Shown here: positions 51,401 to 64,000 of the stretch, in pieces | How the letters are laid out: each line of letters opens with the position of its first letter | How positions within the stretch are numbered: the stretch's first letter is position 1 | Source of the DNA: Mobula hypostoma | Taxonomy: Eukaryota | Assembly: GCF_963921235.1 (NCBI RefSeq) | Contig: NC_086108.1 | Coordinates: 28,522,001-28,586,000, forward strand | Length of the DNA stretch: 64,000 nucleotides | Direction: 5' to 3' | Position numbers and translations under genes: made by a program | The notes under the pieces: generated by a model | Seen by the model: the letters and a program-made list of their open reading frames with translations, nothing else | Told to the model about the DNA's origin: nothing | Databases searched by the model: none

Positions 51401-52539
51401 AAACATCAATCACAATAATAAGTATTCAAAACCATCAAACCATAACTGCAAGAACAAAAAGACTGTGGAACAGAAAAAAAACAATTTTAAAATGTTACCT
51501 TCCAATAAATAATACTATTCAGTAGATCTTTGCTAGCCTGCCCAACATAATGGTCTCTTTTTCATTTATAAATTAAGCAGCACAAATAGTACTGCTTGCA
51601 CAATAAAAAATATGCAATTGTATAGGAAAAATTATGACAAATTCGGGTACACCAGTAAGGTTGTGCTTGAATGGCATAAACAATAATTTTGCAACTATGT
51701 CAAAATTCAGCTGTAACCCAACTAAATATTGTACCTTCTTACAGTATTCCACTTCTCAGGCCAGCCCTAGCCATTAAGCATCAAGATCATAATGATGCTC
51801 TTTTTGTAGGGATGCTCCAGTACCGTTGTGCATTTAAGATAGAGGATGGCCGCTTCAGGGAGCAAATTAGAAAAAGTTCTCGATTGGATCGCCAGGCAGG
51901 ATATTTTTAACCAAGTATAGACCAATTTCAAAGATCCATTTGGAACAGAGCAAAAAAGAAAGAACATGCCGAATGCACCAAATAGCTGCAGCTACTCGAT
52001 GGTCTGTCCTATCGTTCCTGTTCTCAAGTATTTGCATTACTAATTCCTTTAATGTAATTAGATAATAAATCATATCTCTTGGTGGTGGTAAGGAAAGAAC
52101 ATCTGTGAAATTCTGGAACATCCCCTCCCATCGATTCACATTTCTGATTTCCATTCAAATGTGACCAAATACAAAAATCCAAATCAACCTGATGATCACA
52201 TGTTCCCACTCTATCACTGGACTCATCACCAATGTCCTGGGAAAAGAGGTTGACTGTGAAGTGCTTAAAACTTACCCAAAATTGACAGCAGTAGTGATGT
52301 CAATCTCAGTCATCGGCACTGAACTGTTGATCTTATGGAGAAAGTTGATAAGTGTTTGAATGTTTTTATTATAACAATTTTAAAAAATTATTTATCGGTG
52401 TTTTACAGTGTTCAGAATCAGAATCAGGTTTAATATCACCTGCATATGTCATGAAATTTGTTTTATTACTTTTTAAACATTAAATTATATCTGAATGAAT
52501 TGCTTTTAAATGTCTTCCACTTCAAAAGTTGCGAACAAC

Positions 52540-53313
52540 TCCGGTCAAGATGGCGTCCGCACACAACACTCCTTTGGTTGACATCTTCTGGACAGATCAT
52601 GAAACCATACATTTCACTTTTTTTAATGTCTTGTTTTTTCTCTTGGATGTGATTCTGGAACTGTTACAGCCCGTGATTTGCTGTTTGGAGATAGTTTGGG
52701 TGTTCCAGCACTCCGCAGTCTCCAAGAGGGAGAGGGAGCATGCAGGCACCTCTTGGTGAGCAGACTGCGAACCAATGTTCGACTCCATTTTGCTGATTAA
52801 AGTTTTCGTTGTTCGCCAAGTAAAGCAACAAGGGAGATTAAAGCATTGATGCAAGTGCAAAGGCTGACTGTCTTTCGTTGGCTCTACTATGGACTGGGAA
52901 TGGTCTGCGCTGTGCCCAGAGTGTGCAGCCCAGGCTTTCTGCATTTTGTAGACCTGGGCTACAGAGATTTTTTCAGTCTTATAGTTTTTTATATTCTGTG
53001 TTTTTCCACTTGATCTTTGCTGTTTTTTATTGTGTGGGGTGGGGATTTGCGGGTCAATATGCCTGTTCCATTTTGTTCGTTTTTTTGTGTGGGAGGAGGG
53101 ATTTGGGGGTTGAGGTGTCTTTTGCGTTTTTTTCAGGTTTTTTTGCGCAGGAGGAGGGACTTGGGGATTGATGTGCCTGTTCTGTTTTTATTTGCTTTTT
53201 GTGTGGGGAGGGTTGTTTTTGGGGATTATTCTGCCTTTCTTTTCTTTCTTGGTTTCATGGCTACCCAGAGAAGAATTTCAAATTGTATACTTTGATAATA
53301 AATGAACCTTTGA
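52540..53313 (+). mobile_element. Non-coding retroposon-like element with LINE-type 5' motif and GT-rich internal repeats
   Basis: Starts tccggtcaagatggcg (YY1-like); ~58-bp imperfect repeats at 53030-53230; ends ttgataataaatgaacctttgaa like the Rex1-related tails. Confidence 0.55.
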
Positions 53314-53879
53314 ATGTTACATGGGATAGTCCTTGGACATGCGGAGTTAGCTTATTCTGCCTTCACATATGGGTAAGTTATCTGCAAGCCTGCACCTACC
53401 ACAGACAGTAGACCCAATCCACAACTAGTTCCAAGATAATGTGATCTATTATCAACATCACTGGATGGTATTGAGAGATCAACCACTATTGAGAGCTTTG
53501 GATCGGCCATAAATGCTGGCCAAAATGCCCTCAACCTCAAAGATTAAAAAAAATTGCATCCCACATGCATGATGCTTTGACAGGCATGTGAGTGAGAAAA
53601 GTAGATGAGAAAAAGCAGTCAGAATAAAATGACAGAGTGGCCTATAGAGAGATGCTATTTTCAGAGCACGACACAAGGCAGAAGGATAGGGTAGAAAGGA
53701 CTTACAACTTTCATGCCCTTAATTATCTCTTAAATTATTTTACAAACCACTAAGGATTACTGAAGCAATCACGTTCTCTCTAGATGAAGGTGAAATCCAA
53801 ATTGCAATGAGATAAATAACCATCTACCTTGCTCTGGTGGATAGATCAAGAGGTCTTAAAATAGTGGCATCATTGCAAA

Positions 53880-54940
53880 CAACAGCTCATCCCTTCTCAA
53901 TGACCTTAATGCATTCTATGTACATTTTGAAAAGAAGGGGATTGGAATGTCACCACCCACTCTTACAGCATGCAGTGTAACTGAACCCACACTCACCATG
54001 GCACACACAAGATGTGTCTTCCAGCGTGTGAACCTGAAGAAAACATTTTTCTGAATGGTGGCCCTGGCCGTCTCTTAGATCCTATGCAGATCAGCTCGTA
54101 GGGGTAGTTGCAGACGTGTTAAATCTCTCCCTGCTTTAAAAGATCATTATCATCCCGGTAACTAAGTAAAACAAGATAATGTGCCTTGATGACTACTGCT
54201 CATTGGCTCTGATATACGCAATCAGGAAGTGCTTCGAAAGGTTGGTTATGGCACTCATCAACTCCAGCCTTCCAGACAGCCTGGACACACTGCAATTCAC
54301 CTACTGCCACAACATGTTTACGGCAGGCACTCCCTCGATGGCCCTACATTTGTCTCTGGAGCACCTAGATAGTAAAGATGACTTATATAGTTCACTGACT
54401 ACAGTTCCACCCAAAGTATCATTTATTCCAAGCTCTCGTCTCTGAACTCCTAGATCTGGGAGTCAACACCTCCCTTTGCAACAGGATCCTTGACTAACAG
54501 CCCGCAATTAATAACGATAGCAGCAACAACTCTGCCACGTTTGTCCTCAACACAGTAACAGCAAAGCAGAACCAGGATGATAATGGTCTCTTAAGGAGGT
54601 AAGAACCTCAGATTAAAGCAGAGAGAGGTCAAAAATATCTTCAAATACCCACAAAGCTGAGTCTGCAGCCGCTCACTCTACTCCCTGTACACTCACGACT
54701 GCATGGTCAACTCCATCTACTAGTGTACAGATGATGCCACTGTAGTGGGCTGTATTTCTTGACCTCACAACCTGCCTCATTATGACTTCACAACTTATTG
54801 TCTATCTGTATTGCAGTTTCTCTGCAGCTGTAACACTTCATTCTGCACTGTTACTGTTTTACCTTGTACTACCTCAATGAACAGTTGTAATGAACGGATC
54901 TGTATCTCCGTGCATGTGACAATAACAAACCAATTTACCA
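53880..54940 (+). mobile_element. Rex1/Babar LINE, decayed and deleted
   Basis: CLDDYCSLAL..KCFERLVMALINSSLPDSLDTLQFTY. Confidence 0.8.
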
Positions 54941-55589
54941 TAGTGGCATAGTTCTAATGTTTCATCTGTAAAACAAAACTCTGGCAGTAAACCATTAAGG
55001 TTGTATGCTTAAAGCCTGGCAATATGAGGTACTAAACTACAATGGAGCTGTCAGCAGAGGCAGCCAAACGAACTAGTGAAAATTTGAAGCATTAATTTTA
55101 TAGGGGAACTAACATTCACATTTAGCAGAAGCATAGGTCAGAATTTTCCAAAAAATAAATTTGCATAAATTTTCATGAGCACATTTGTTTTCCGATTTGT
55201 TACTCTTGTTCATAGATCTTTGTTTTGTGGCTGCCTGAAAGGAGACGGATCTCAAAGTTGTATACAGTACATATACATTGATAATAAATGTATTTTGAAC
55301 TTTGATATACACACTCCAGTTTTGTTTACCTGTGTTTGCACTGCAGTAACCCTGGCTTTCAGGCATCTATGACTCCAGGTTGCCAAGTCTACCCATAATA
55401 AAGGCTATATATCTTAAGAGTGATATTGATCTTCCACTAGAAAGCCAAATATCTTGTAAGATGAAGTTCAATAGGACAATACAGATTTCCTTTTGGTTGC
55501 TAGCATTCTGCTGGAAAACCCACCCTTGGAGGTTGAACTGGATAAAAGTACATAAGTGTAAACATAATGTGAGGCAAAGATAGACAAAA

Positions 55590-55870
55590 TATTTTTCCCA
55601 AGGCAGTGGTTTCAGATTCAAGATGAGAGGACAAGTGTTTTAAAGGGCAAGTGTTTCTTTTAAGCACGGAATGATTGATACTGGAAACACACCATCTGAG
55701 AAGTCAGGTACAATTGTTATGTTTAAGAGGCATTTAGACCGACACTTAAATAGGTAAAGCCTGGAAACGTACAATCCTACTGAGGGTTAATGGGATTAGC
55801 ATAGGTGGGAATTAAGACAAGCATGGATGTGGTAGGCAGAAGGGCCCATTTCCATTCTGTACGACTCTGT
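55590..55870 (+). mobile_element. CR1 3' fragment
   Basis: tttaagaggcatttagac..gcagaagggcccattt..ctgtacgactct. Confidence 0.6.
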
Positions 55871-57704
55871 ACATGTCACAATTGATGGTTTATGTAAAGT
55901 AAGGGCAGTGCAATGTAATGTTTCATAGGTCTGCTGTGCTCCTAATAATACTGATATGCTATGCTTCATGGGAAGTAAAATTATTGCTTTAAGAAGTAAA
56001 ACACATACTGATTACTTCATCATGCATTGCAACCGCCAACAGTGTGAAAAGGCTGGAAGTGCCAGCCATGGTTGTCTATGTTTCAAGCTATCCTGTCCTC
56101 AAAGGGAACATGGAGTCAAAAAACGTAGGAATTCCTCCCTCAAATCCTCCTCCATTTAACAGATGTGAAGGAGAAAATGGACAACAAAAAGCTTTTCAAT
56201 GAAGATCAGGATAATACAAATTCAGCTTATAAGTAAGTGCAGGAGGAGCACAAATCTGTACACAAATAGAAACAAACCCTCAAGTAAGCTAAGGATCTAA
56301 ACACACTACCCGACAATGGAAAGAACATACAATTTTCTTTACTTTAAGCCACACAAAACAATCAAATAAACTCTTGAGTGAACAATAAAGAAATTTGTTT
56401 TCCCTTTTAACCAAAATCCATTCTGTGCTAATTCTATACTTGCAATATACATACTTCACTGTGATATGACTGAAGTTTAGATCAGTAAAAAAAATCTCAA
56501 CAAGGTAATAGAAACTTGTTGAAGGGGACTAAATTGCAAAAAATTAAATGAAAGCATATTTTTCATAATTTTGAAAAATCTAAATTAGTAAATTTATCAA
56601 TTTTGATAAGCATTCATCTTTAACACAGTCCCCAAATCAAATCTGTTTGTCTGCAGCAGGCTCTGAAAGGTTCCCAAATTTCTACCTCCATGTATCCTCA
56701 AGAGACACCTCCAAATCCATTAAGTAATTTTGTAGGGGCAAAAGTAGCAGAAAATTAACATCAGCACGCTAAGAGGTTTCAGGCTCATGTATTTCAGGAG
56801 AGGGAAAAAAATCAATCAAACTGCCTGAATTGTCACTATACGGTACAACCCTGTCATAATTTAGAAATTAATAATGAGCACCTAAAGAGCCTTCCAGAGG
56901 ATTTAGTCACAGAGTACCCTGAATGATTACATAATTATGCAGTAAACAGATTGGTAAATGCATTTGGGGAAGTTAGATTTTTAAAAATACACAATAGAAA
57001 CATAGCTGCATTATGACTGATTATATCAGGCTGTATAAAATGATTGATCCATTGAAGACCCACAGGATAAAGGTATAAATTACACTTTTATTTGTGATAT
57101 CAGAAATGCTCACATATCCCTTTTATAAAATTATAATTAATTATTTGATGAAAAGCCTTAACCCTGTTACTTGCACTGGAAGAAAACTATGTCAACCCAA
57201 TTTCAGGAAATGATTCACAGCCCTTCATTTGTACAATTTACAAGAAAAATATACATGCACAAATACTGGCTCTTTTTATACATCAAATGTTGTTGAATTT
57301 AATATTTTCACTAAAAGCATCAGTGAATACGCAGCTTTTCTTCCTGGTATACAACTGCTATTACATAAACACAAAAGGTGGCACAACAGGATGTAGCACC
57401 ATTATGAAGCTAAAGCACACATTAACATTTACTAGTAATTACAGCACTGTTTATTGTCAATTTAACCAAGCTAGAATACACCACACTATAATTCATGAAG
57501 AGCAATATTGTTCCACATATTTACAGCAATAATACATTCTGTACAGTCTGGCAGATGTTAGGTGGTTTATAAAAAGTAGTTGTTGGGATGGCAAAGAATA
57601 ATCGTGAAACGCTGTACTCTGCCATCAACTGGCAGTAGATCTGCAAACCTTGGAATCGCAACAATGAAACATTTTAGCACACAATCCAGGAGCTACAATT
57701 TCAT

Positions 57705-57783
57705 GCTGCTTGGCCTGCTGCGTTCACCAGCAACTTTGATGTATGTTGCTTGAATTTCCAGCATCTGCAGAATTCCTGTTGTT
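57705..57783 (+). mobile_element. Penelope-derived 3' terminal fragment
   Basis: tgctgcttggcctgctgcgttcaccagc..aatttccagcatctgcag, same family as 29109-29190. Confidence 0.7.
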
Positions 57784-59929
57784 ATAGTTATGAATTAGTG
57801 TTTTCCCTCTCCCACAAAAATCTTCCTTGATTTTCAAATTGCCCATTGTCTATGGATGCAATCATACTCTTGATCCCTTTCCAAGAGAGCATTTCTCCCC
57901 CCCACATGGCCAAGGCAACAATGATTAAAGAAGGGATACTGAACCATCATCCAGTCCTGACCTGACATGTAACCTATGCTGTAAGATTCAGACATGAATA
58001 ACTACATATTAAACATCAATGCTGATGTTTTAAAATATATCCTGACTGAATTCAAGACTTATAGTTAAAGGAAATTGATTTATCTGGCAGTGTGAAAATC
58101 TGACTTTTCTCATAACATTTTTCAAACAACTTATTTTAAGAAAGTGTTGTGTCCTCACTTGTGCATACAATCTTCACAATATGTTTCACATTGAGTTTTG
58201 ATGAATATGCTGTGCTTGCGTTTATCGATCATATGATCAGTCCATTAATCCATCAGTGATTGCTGTGATTAATTATCTAGTCAAATCTTAAGAAATATGC
58301 TTAAAAGGAGATTAATGTTATTTCACTGAACAGTGGTATGTATTTATAGCAAATGAATTCACTTGCCAATCTCCAACAACTCTTAAAGCCACTAAAACAT
58401 ATTAAAATAAATTTAACATATTCATACAATGAAGTTAAGTGATGACAATGCTAGAAAATATTTACATCCAATCAGTAACCAATAGATTCATAAAATTATT
58501 TTGCTCAAGATGAATGTAGACTTATTGATGAGCTGAATCTTGTGGGATTGCTCAAAATGTTTAATCAGATACTTAAAACAAAACGGCTTCCTCTTTCTTT
58601 CTAGACACAATACAAGGTCTAACACTGCTTGACTCTCTCCTATAATTATCAGTACAGTTATTCCTTTTGAATGTGTTTAGACCATGATATTAAACTATTT
58701 GGCTGTAGATGACATCACAAATAGAACACACACAAACCTTTCAGCGAGAACACCACAAATAGAAGAAGAAATGTGGTCAATTGCTTTCTCTCACACTGGT
58801 GGTAAGAAAGGCAAGCCTGGTTCAATGATACCTGATAAGTCTGATTCTGCTTTCACTTTGAGCTCTTTTGCTTCAGCCACCTACACAGTTTCACTGAAGC
58901 TCAAAACAGGCTCAGGGTGCAACTCAAATTACCTCTCAGCATGCACAACCTTCTCAACACACAGATTGTAAGAATCGGAACCTCATTTAAAGTCTCTTCT
59001 TTAATCATGTCTTGTTACTTTAACACATCCTTTTACCACACTACCTCTATCACCATTGCAAAAGAAATGTTTCTGCAATTTATTTCAGGGCAGTGCCACA
59101 ACTTCTAGGATCTCCACTGGCATCACAAGCAAATATATCAGGTATGACTTCAAATTGAGGCTACATCAGGAAAGGAGACTTGGGAATCATATCAATGGGT
59201 CATAGTTTTAAACTGGGTTTTAAAACATTAATCATGTTTCAGAAACTAACAATTAGAATGCATGTGCAAAAGACTACATGTATTGTAAGTTATGCACCAG
59301 ATCAGGGAGCCGTAGTCACACAACTTTTTGGTGCTGTGGTAAGTGTAGTTACTACGTCTTTGCTGTAAATTAAGAAAACCATCTAGTTACGTGAAACAGC
59401 AGGATGAGTCCTGCTAATCAACCATAAATCAAGATAACAGAAGGCCTTCTGGCTGTATACTCTCTTTTTTGTCCCTTTACTTTAAAATAATACACATGTA
59501 TTGTTAGAAAAAAAATTGATGCAAGCATATTGATCCTGTAAAAACAGTTGCTGACATGTGCAATGGGATTCTACACCTAAAACCTGAAGGTATAGCAAAC
59601 ACTTTACAGGGTATTGGCAGAATACAATGAAAACTATATTTCTGATGACAGTATTGACAAGGATTAGAAAATTAAGGGCACTTTTGCAAAATAAATGAAA
59701 ATTATATTTTGGATGAATGTGAAATTTGAGGAACAGGTTACAAAGATCATTTCTGGTGCAAGCCTACCTTGTAACTGTGGATCATGCGAACGGTAGAATG
59801 AAGATGTGTCCTTTGGAATATCTCTTCTGATTGGTTAGATTTGTAACTGACATAATCTACATTCCAGATTACTTCATCAAAGGCAACCATGACGATATCC
59901 AATCACAAATGTTCCCTTTGTCCTATCTA

Positions 59930-60770
59930 TTGAAAGAATGGGCAAAAAAGTGGCAAACGGCACACAGTGTTGGGAAATAATTTTATAATGCATTTTAGTA
60001 AAAGGAACAATAGTGCAGACTATTATCTAAATGGGGAGAAAATTCAAACATCAGAGGGGCAAAGGGACGTAGGAGTCCTCGCACAAAAGTCCCAGAAGGT
60101 TAATTCACAAATTGAGTCTATGGTAAAGGAGGCAAATGCTATATTGGCATTTATTTCAAGGGGAATATAATATAAAAACAAGAAGATAATGCTGAAGCTT
60201 TATAAGATCCTAGTCTGGCTGCACTTGGTGTATTGTCAAGTTGTGGGCCCTTATCTCAAAAAGCATGTATTGCCTTTGGAAGACAGTCCAGAGGAGGTTC
60301 ACAAGGATGATTCCAGGAATGAAGAAGTTAACATATGAGGAGCGTTTGGTAGTTTTGGGCCTGTATTCTCTGGAACTTAGAAGAATGTGTGGGGATCTAA
60401 TTGAAACCTGCTGAATGTTGAAAGGATTAGATAAGGTGGATGTGGAGAGGATGTTTCCTCTGGTGGGGGTATCCAGAACTAGAGGGCACAGCCTACTGGG
60501 GTGACCTTTTAGAACAGCAGTAAGGAGGAACTTCTTTAGCAGAAGAGTGGTGAATCTGTGGAATGCTCAGCCATAGACCGTGGCAGAGGCCAAGTCCGTG
60601 GGAATATTCAAAGCTGAATTTGATAGACTTCTGATTCGTCATGGCATCGAGGGATATGGTGAGAGGGCAAGTGTATGGGGTTGAATAGTATCCAGGATCA
60701 GCCATGATGAAATGGCAGAGTGGACTCGATGGGCTGAATAGCCTAATTCTGCTCCTATGTCTTATGGTCT
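59930..60770 (+). mobile_element. CR1 LINE 3' fragment
   Basis: DYYLNGEKIQTSEGQRDVGVL..KEANAILAFISRGI; ctcctatgtcttatggtct tail. Confidence 0.85.
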
Positions 60771-61553
60771 TTTACTTCCCCTGCACTGTGCTACTTAAAG
60801 TTAACTTATTTTCTCTTCTTCCCAGTTTCGAAGGATCATCAGCAGTTTAATTTCTGCCAATGTTGTCTGATCTGCTAAGTGTTTCAGGTATTTTCCATAT
60901 TTAAATGTATCGTTCACTCACTCTGGTTACCATGGTTATGCATCACATTTTATGCTGACATCATACTACATCTGCCTGTATGTTTAGAGTCCTCCATTGT
61001 GATATGAGGAAGGTATCGCCCCCGTACTACTTCAGCCTTCTCGCAGACAGTTATGCTGACCATTGGTGAAGTCAGGCTGAGTCCAAGCATGTAAGCATTT
61101 AATACACCATGTGTGAAGTATAGAGACAAATAATGATCAAAATCAATTAAATAAAGTAACAACTATTCTTAAGCATTTAACTACAGACACCACACTTTTC
61201 CATGTTTAATTTGCCTCATTGTACCTTTAAAGTTCTACTATAAAGCTCTCACATCATTGCTTACAAAAAGCCTTTTACTATCACCTGTATCCTTTTATTA
61301 TCCCTCATCACTAATGTATTAATGGATGTTTCAAATTTATGGTCCTGATTTCATAGACATAATAAAATAATTACAGTCCAGACCTCTGGAAAAGCCATTC
61401 TATTTACCAAATTAACTGTCCTGTTTATCTTCACATCCTGAGAATGTTCTGGTCAAAAAAAATTAGAAGTCTTCTTCCTCCTACTTGCAGTAACAAAACA
61501 GAATACAGAGATTTTCAAGTAAGTCCAGTGTTCAATCATGAACCGGTACTCAC

Positions 61554-61645
61554 TGAAGGAGTAGGGCAACAGCTCATGCAGCCCAGCCTTGTAGGCAGAT
61601 ATAGGCCATTGAAAGAATTCCTTGTGATTCACAAAATGTGATTTC
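61554..61645 (-). CDS. Candidate exon (KSHFVNHKEFFQWPISAYKAGLHELLPYSF), speculative
   Basis: gtgagt donor; two weak acceptors (exon start 61645 or 61620); more GC-rich than flanks. Confidence 0.25.
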
Positions 61646-63849
61646 CTTGTTATATGAAAATTTGTCTATTCCATCGAGAGCAGCTATGATTGATCTTGTG
61701 AATGGTCATGTGTATGTATAATTTACCAGCTTATAAGAAAACAATTAATTATGCCTGCTTCTCTGTAAAAAAAAACCCTTCATTCCATTTGCCATTGTGT
61801 ATCTATAAATGAATATCCAGGTATATTTTTGTAAAATAATTTATCACTTTCATATACAGATCTCCTCTTGCCTTTTCAATAAATGAATAATGATACCAGT
61901 TACTGCAGGCTCTTAAATCATTAGTGGAAATCGCTAACCCATTAGCTCACTTCCCCCATGAATTATGTTTTCTGTGGCATATGCTGTAATATGTGGCCGG
62001 TTGGGACCCTTGAGTGAGCATAAATTTTTTGAAAAGTCCTATTAGTGGTTGTATGGTCTGATGGGTGTCCATTGCCTCTGGTAAATAAAACAAACATTAA
62101 ATGTGACTATTTTCCCTCCTTTTCCTCCTCCAAAACTTACCATTTAATGGATAAGTAGCCTTACAGGATCTTGGTCATGTGGTCATCTTCTTGTACAATC
62201 TTACACAGGGAGTGTCATTAAGCTATTTTATATACGGAAGAAACTGGGTTTCAATGTGCTCTCATTCAAATGTGCTTGCCACCACATTTAGAATTATTAC
62301 ATTTAAATAGTGAACATTGCAGGTTGAGATCAGGAAACTCAGTAGTCCAGGAATTGCCCTGGATTCTACTTCCACCACCAAAATCAGGCAGCCCTATAGC
62401 CAGTCAGCTATGAAGGAACTGGAACTGTGTAACACAAAATTCAGCAATTGTTCCTCAAAATAAAACAAGGAAAATTCAGATGCTAGAGGAGGACCACATG
62501 CATAGGCATCTGAATACCTCAGAGTGCAACTGCTACTGTTGAAACATATTTATTTAATTCCTACAAACTTCTCGTGGAATACATTAAGTCATATTTACTG
62601 GAATTATTCTGTTATAAACAGTTTTTTTCCCCACAGCGATTCTTCTGCAGGTTTCCAGAGAACAGAGGGAAGTTCTGGAGTCACTGCTTACAGATGCTCT
62701 GACCCTGAATGGGGATCTAACTGCAGGTGATTGGAAACCTATAATAACATCACCTTGGATATCACATGCAGGATATCACAGGCAGCCCCACAGAGAGCTG
62801 CAAATATTTGACCATGCAAGTGAAAACAGGCCCACAACTTCTAGACCACATTTTGTGGCAAATTTTCCAATTCTTAGAGTCAGTAACTGGACAGAAAATT
62901 CCAGAACTCATCCACTAAACCTGTGCTCAATGCAGAGGCATACTCATTCTTTCCAAAGGAGAAGAACCAAAGATAAAAGTAAGTAATGCATTATTGATAC
63001 TTCTCTGGTAACAATCAAAAGACCCATTTATAAATCTTTATACCTATGTAATTCTGCATAGGCAATAAATTTTACTGTGAGCAGTGTGTTTTGTAAAATA
63101 CTTTCAAAATAGGACAGTGAATAAAACATTGCTCAATTACTTGCAATAGAATATACTGATCAGTGAAATGACTGGGATAATTTGGGAAATTTTGTGAAGA
63201 AAAAGTGTGCAGCAATTAATAATACTGAATACCCAGGTTAGCTGCTTTGGGTGCAATTCAGTACAAAAGCAAAAGCTGACATAATGAAAATACCTAATTG
63301 TGCCAACTAAATAAACGCACCTAACAACTGAATCATTCAAGCCTGTTCCAAAGTTACACAGTGAAACTAAACACCATGACGCTAATAGTTTCCCCACATT
63401 GAACAATCTTGTTTGACAGCCAAGAGCAGAGGTGTCAGCAAATAATTTTCCATACACTTTACCCCCTCCATCTCTTCCTCATTTCTACTTCCCTTCGCTC
63501 ACATCCACTCATGGTGTTTTTTGACACATATAATCCAAGCAAACTCTACTTCAGCTAATAGGATCCACCTTCATCTCTGTCAGAGATCTTCAACATAGCT
63601 GTATATCTTGCTATGCTGCACCCCTGAAACACATTATTTGCCAATACAAGACATTCCACTGCCCAGATACCACTTGCATATCAGGCCATGTACATCTCTC
63701 ACAATAAACACATTTCCATGAATAAGTGGAGTGTAATACCCCAAATTCTGTCTGTTTGGTGCATCCAATGAGATAATCAATATGCTCAGTATCAAAGACA
63801 TCAACATCTCCCAATACAAATTCTAAAATCTACCAACACTAAACAACAA

Positions 63850-64000
63850 ATATCTTCAAAAGATAGCCCCTTAAGAAGGCAGCATCTATCATTAAGGACG
63901 CTCACCATCCGGGACATGCCTTCTTCTCATTACTACCATCAGAGAAGAGTTACAGAAGCTTGAAGACTTACTCATGATTTTAGGAACAGTTTCTTCCCCT
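63850..64000 (+). mobile_element. Rex1/Babar 3' fragment (runs off the window)
   Basis: aaggcagcatctatcattaaggacgctcaccatccgggacatgcc. Confidence 0.75.

Noticed and set aside
51867..52154. DPIENFF resembles a P-element/THAP9 transposase motif
   Set aside because: A stop follows immediately; no other motifs or TIRs found.
52024..52237. Possible terminal exon DIGDESSDRVGTC...
   Set aside because: Only an acceptor-like site; no homology, and it conflicts with the gene continuing downstream.
57619..57635. CTCF-like motif (ccagttgatggcag, minus strand)
   Set aside because: Mismatch at a core position; could occur by chance.

Overview
AT-rich vertebrate genomic DNA, mostly intronic and dense in repeats. 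The repeat mix (CR1, Rex1/Babar, L1, Penelope-like, Tigger, V-SINE) suggests a cartilaginous fish; that is an inference. There are no prokaryotic features. Three small, phase-compatible minus-strand exons (27088-27020, 20572-20488, 14174-14074) suggest an unidentified host gene, possibly a membrane protein; further exons are weaker candidates. Mobile elements include an L1 with both termini and a 16-bp TSD nested inside a Tigger, a young CR1 with a near-intact ORF2, a solo LTR, internally deleted Tiggers (one carrying a ~100-bp-arm palindrome) and a tRNA-derived SINE. The most notable signal is a family of Penelope-derived, mostly non-coding repeats with minimal type-I hammerhead ribozyme motifs (CTGAnGA...GAAACGTY). 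One is a TSD-flanked fold-back element with a hammerhead on each strand.
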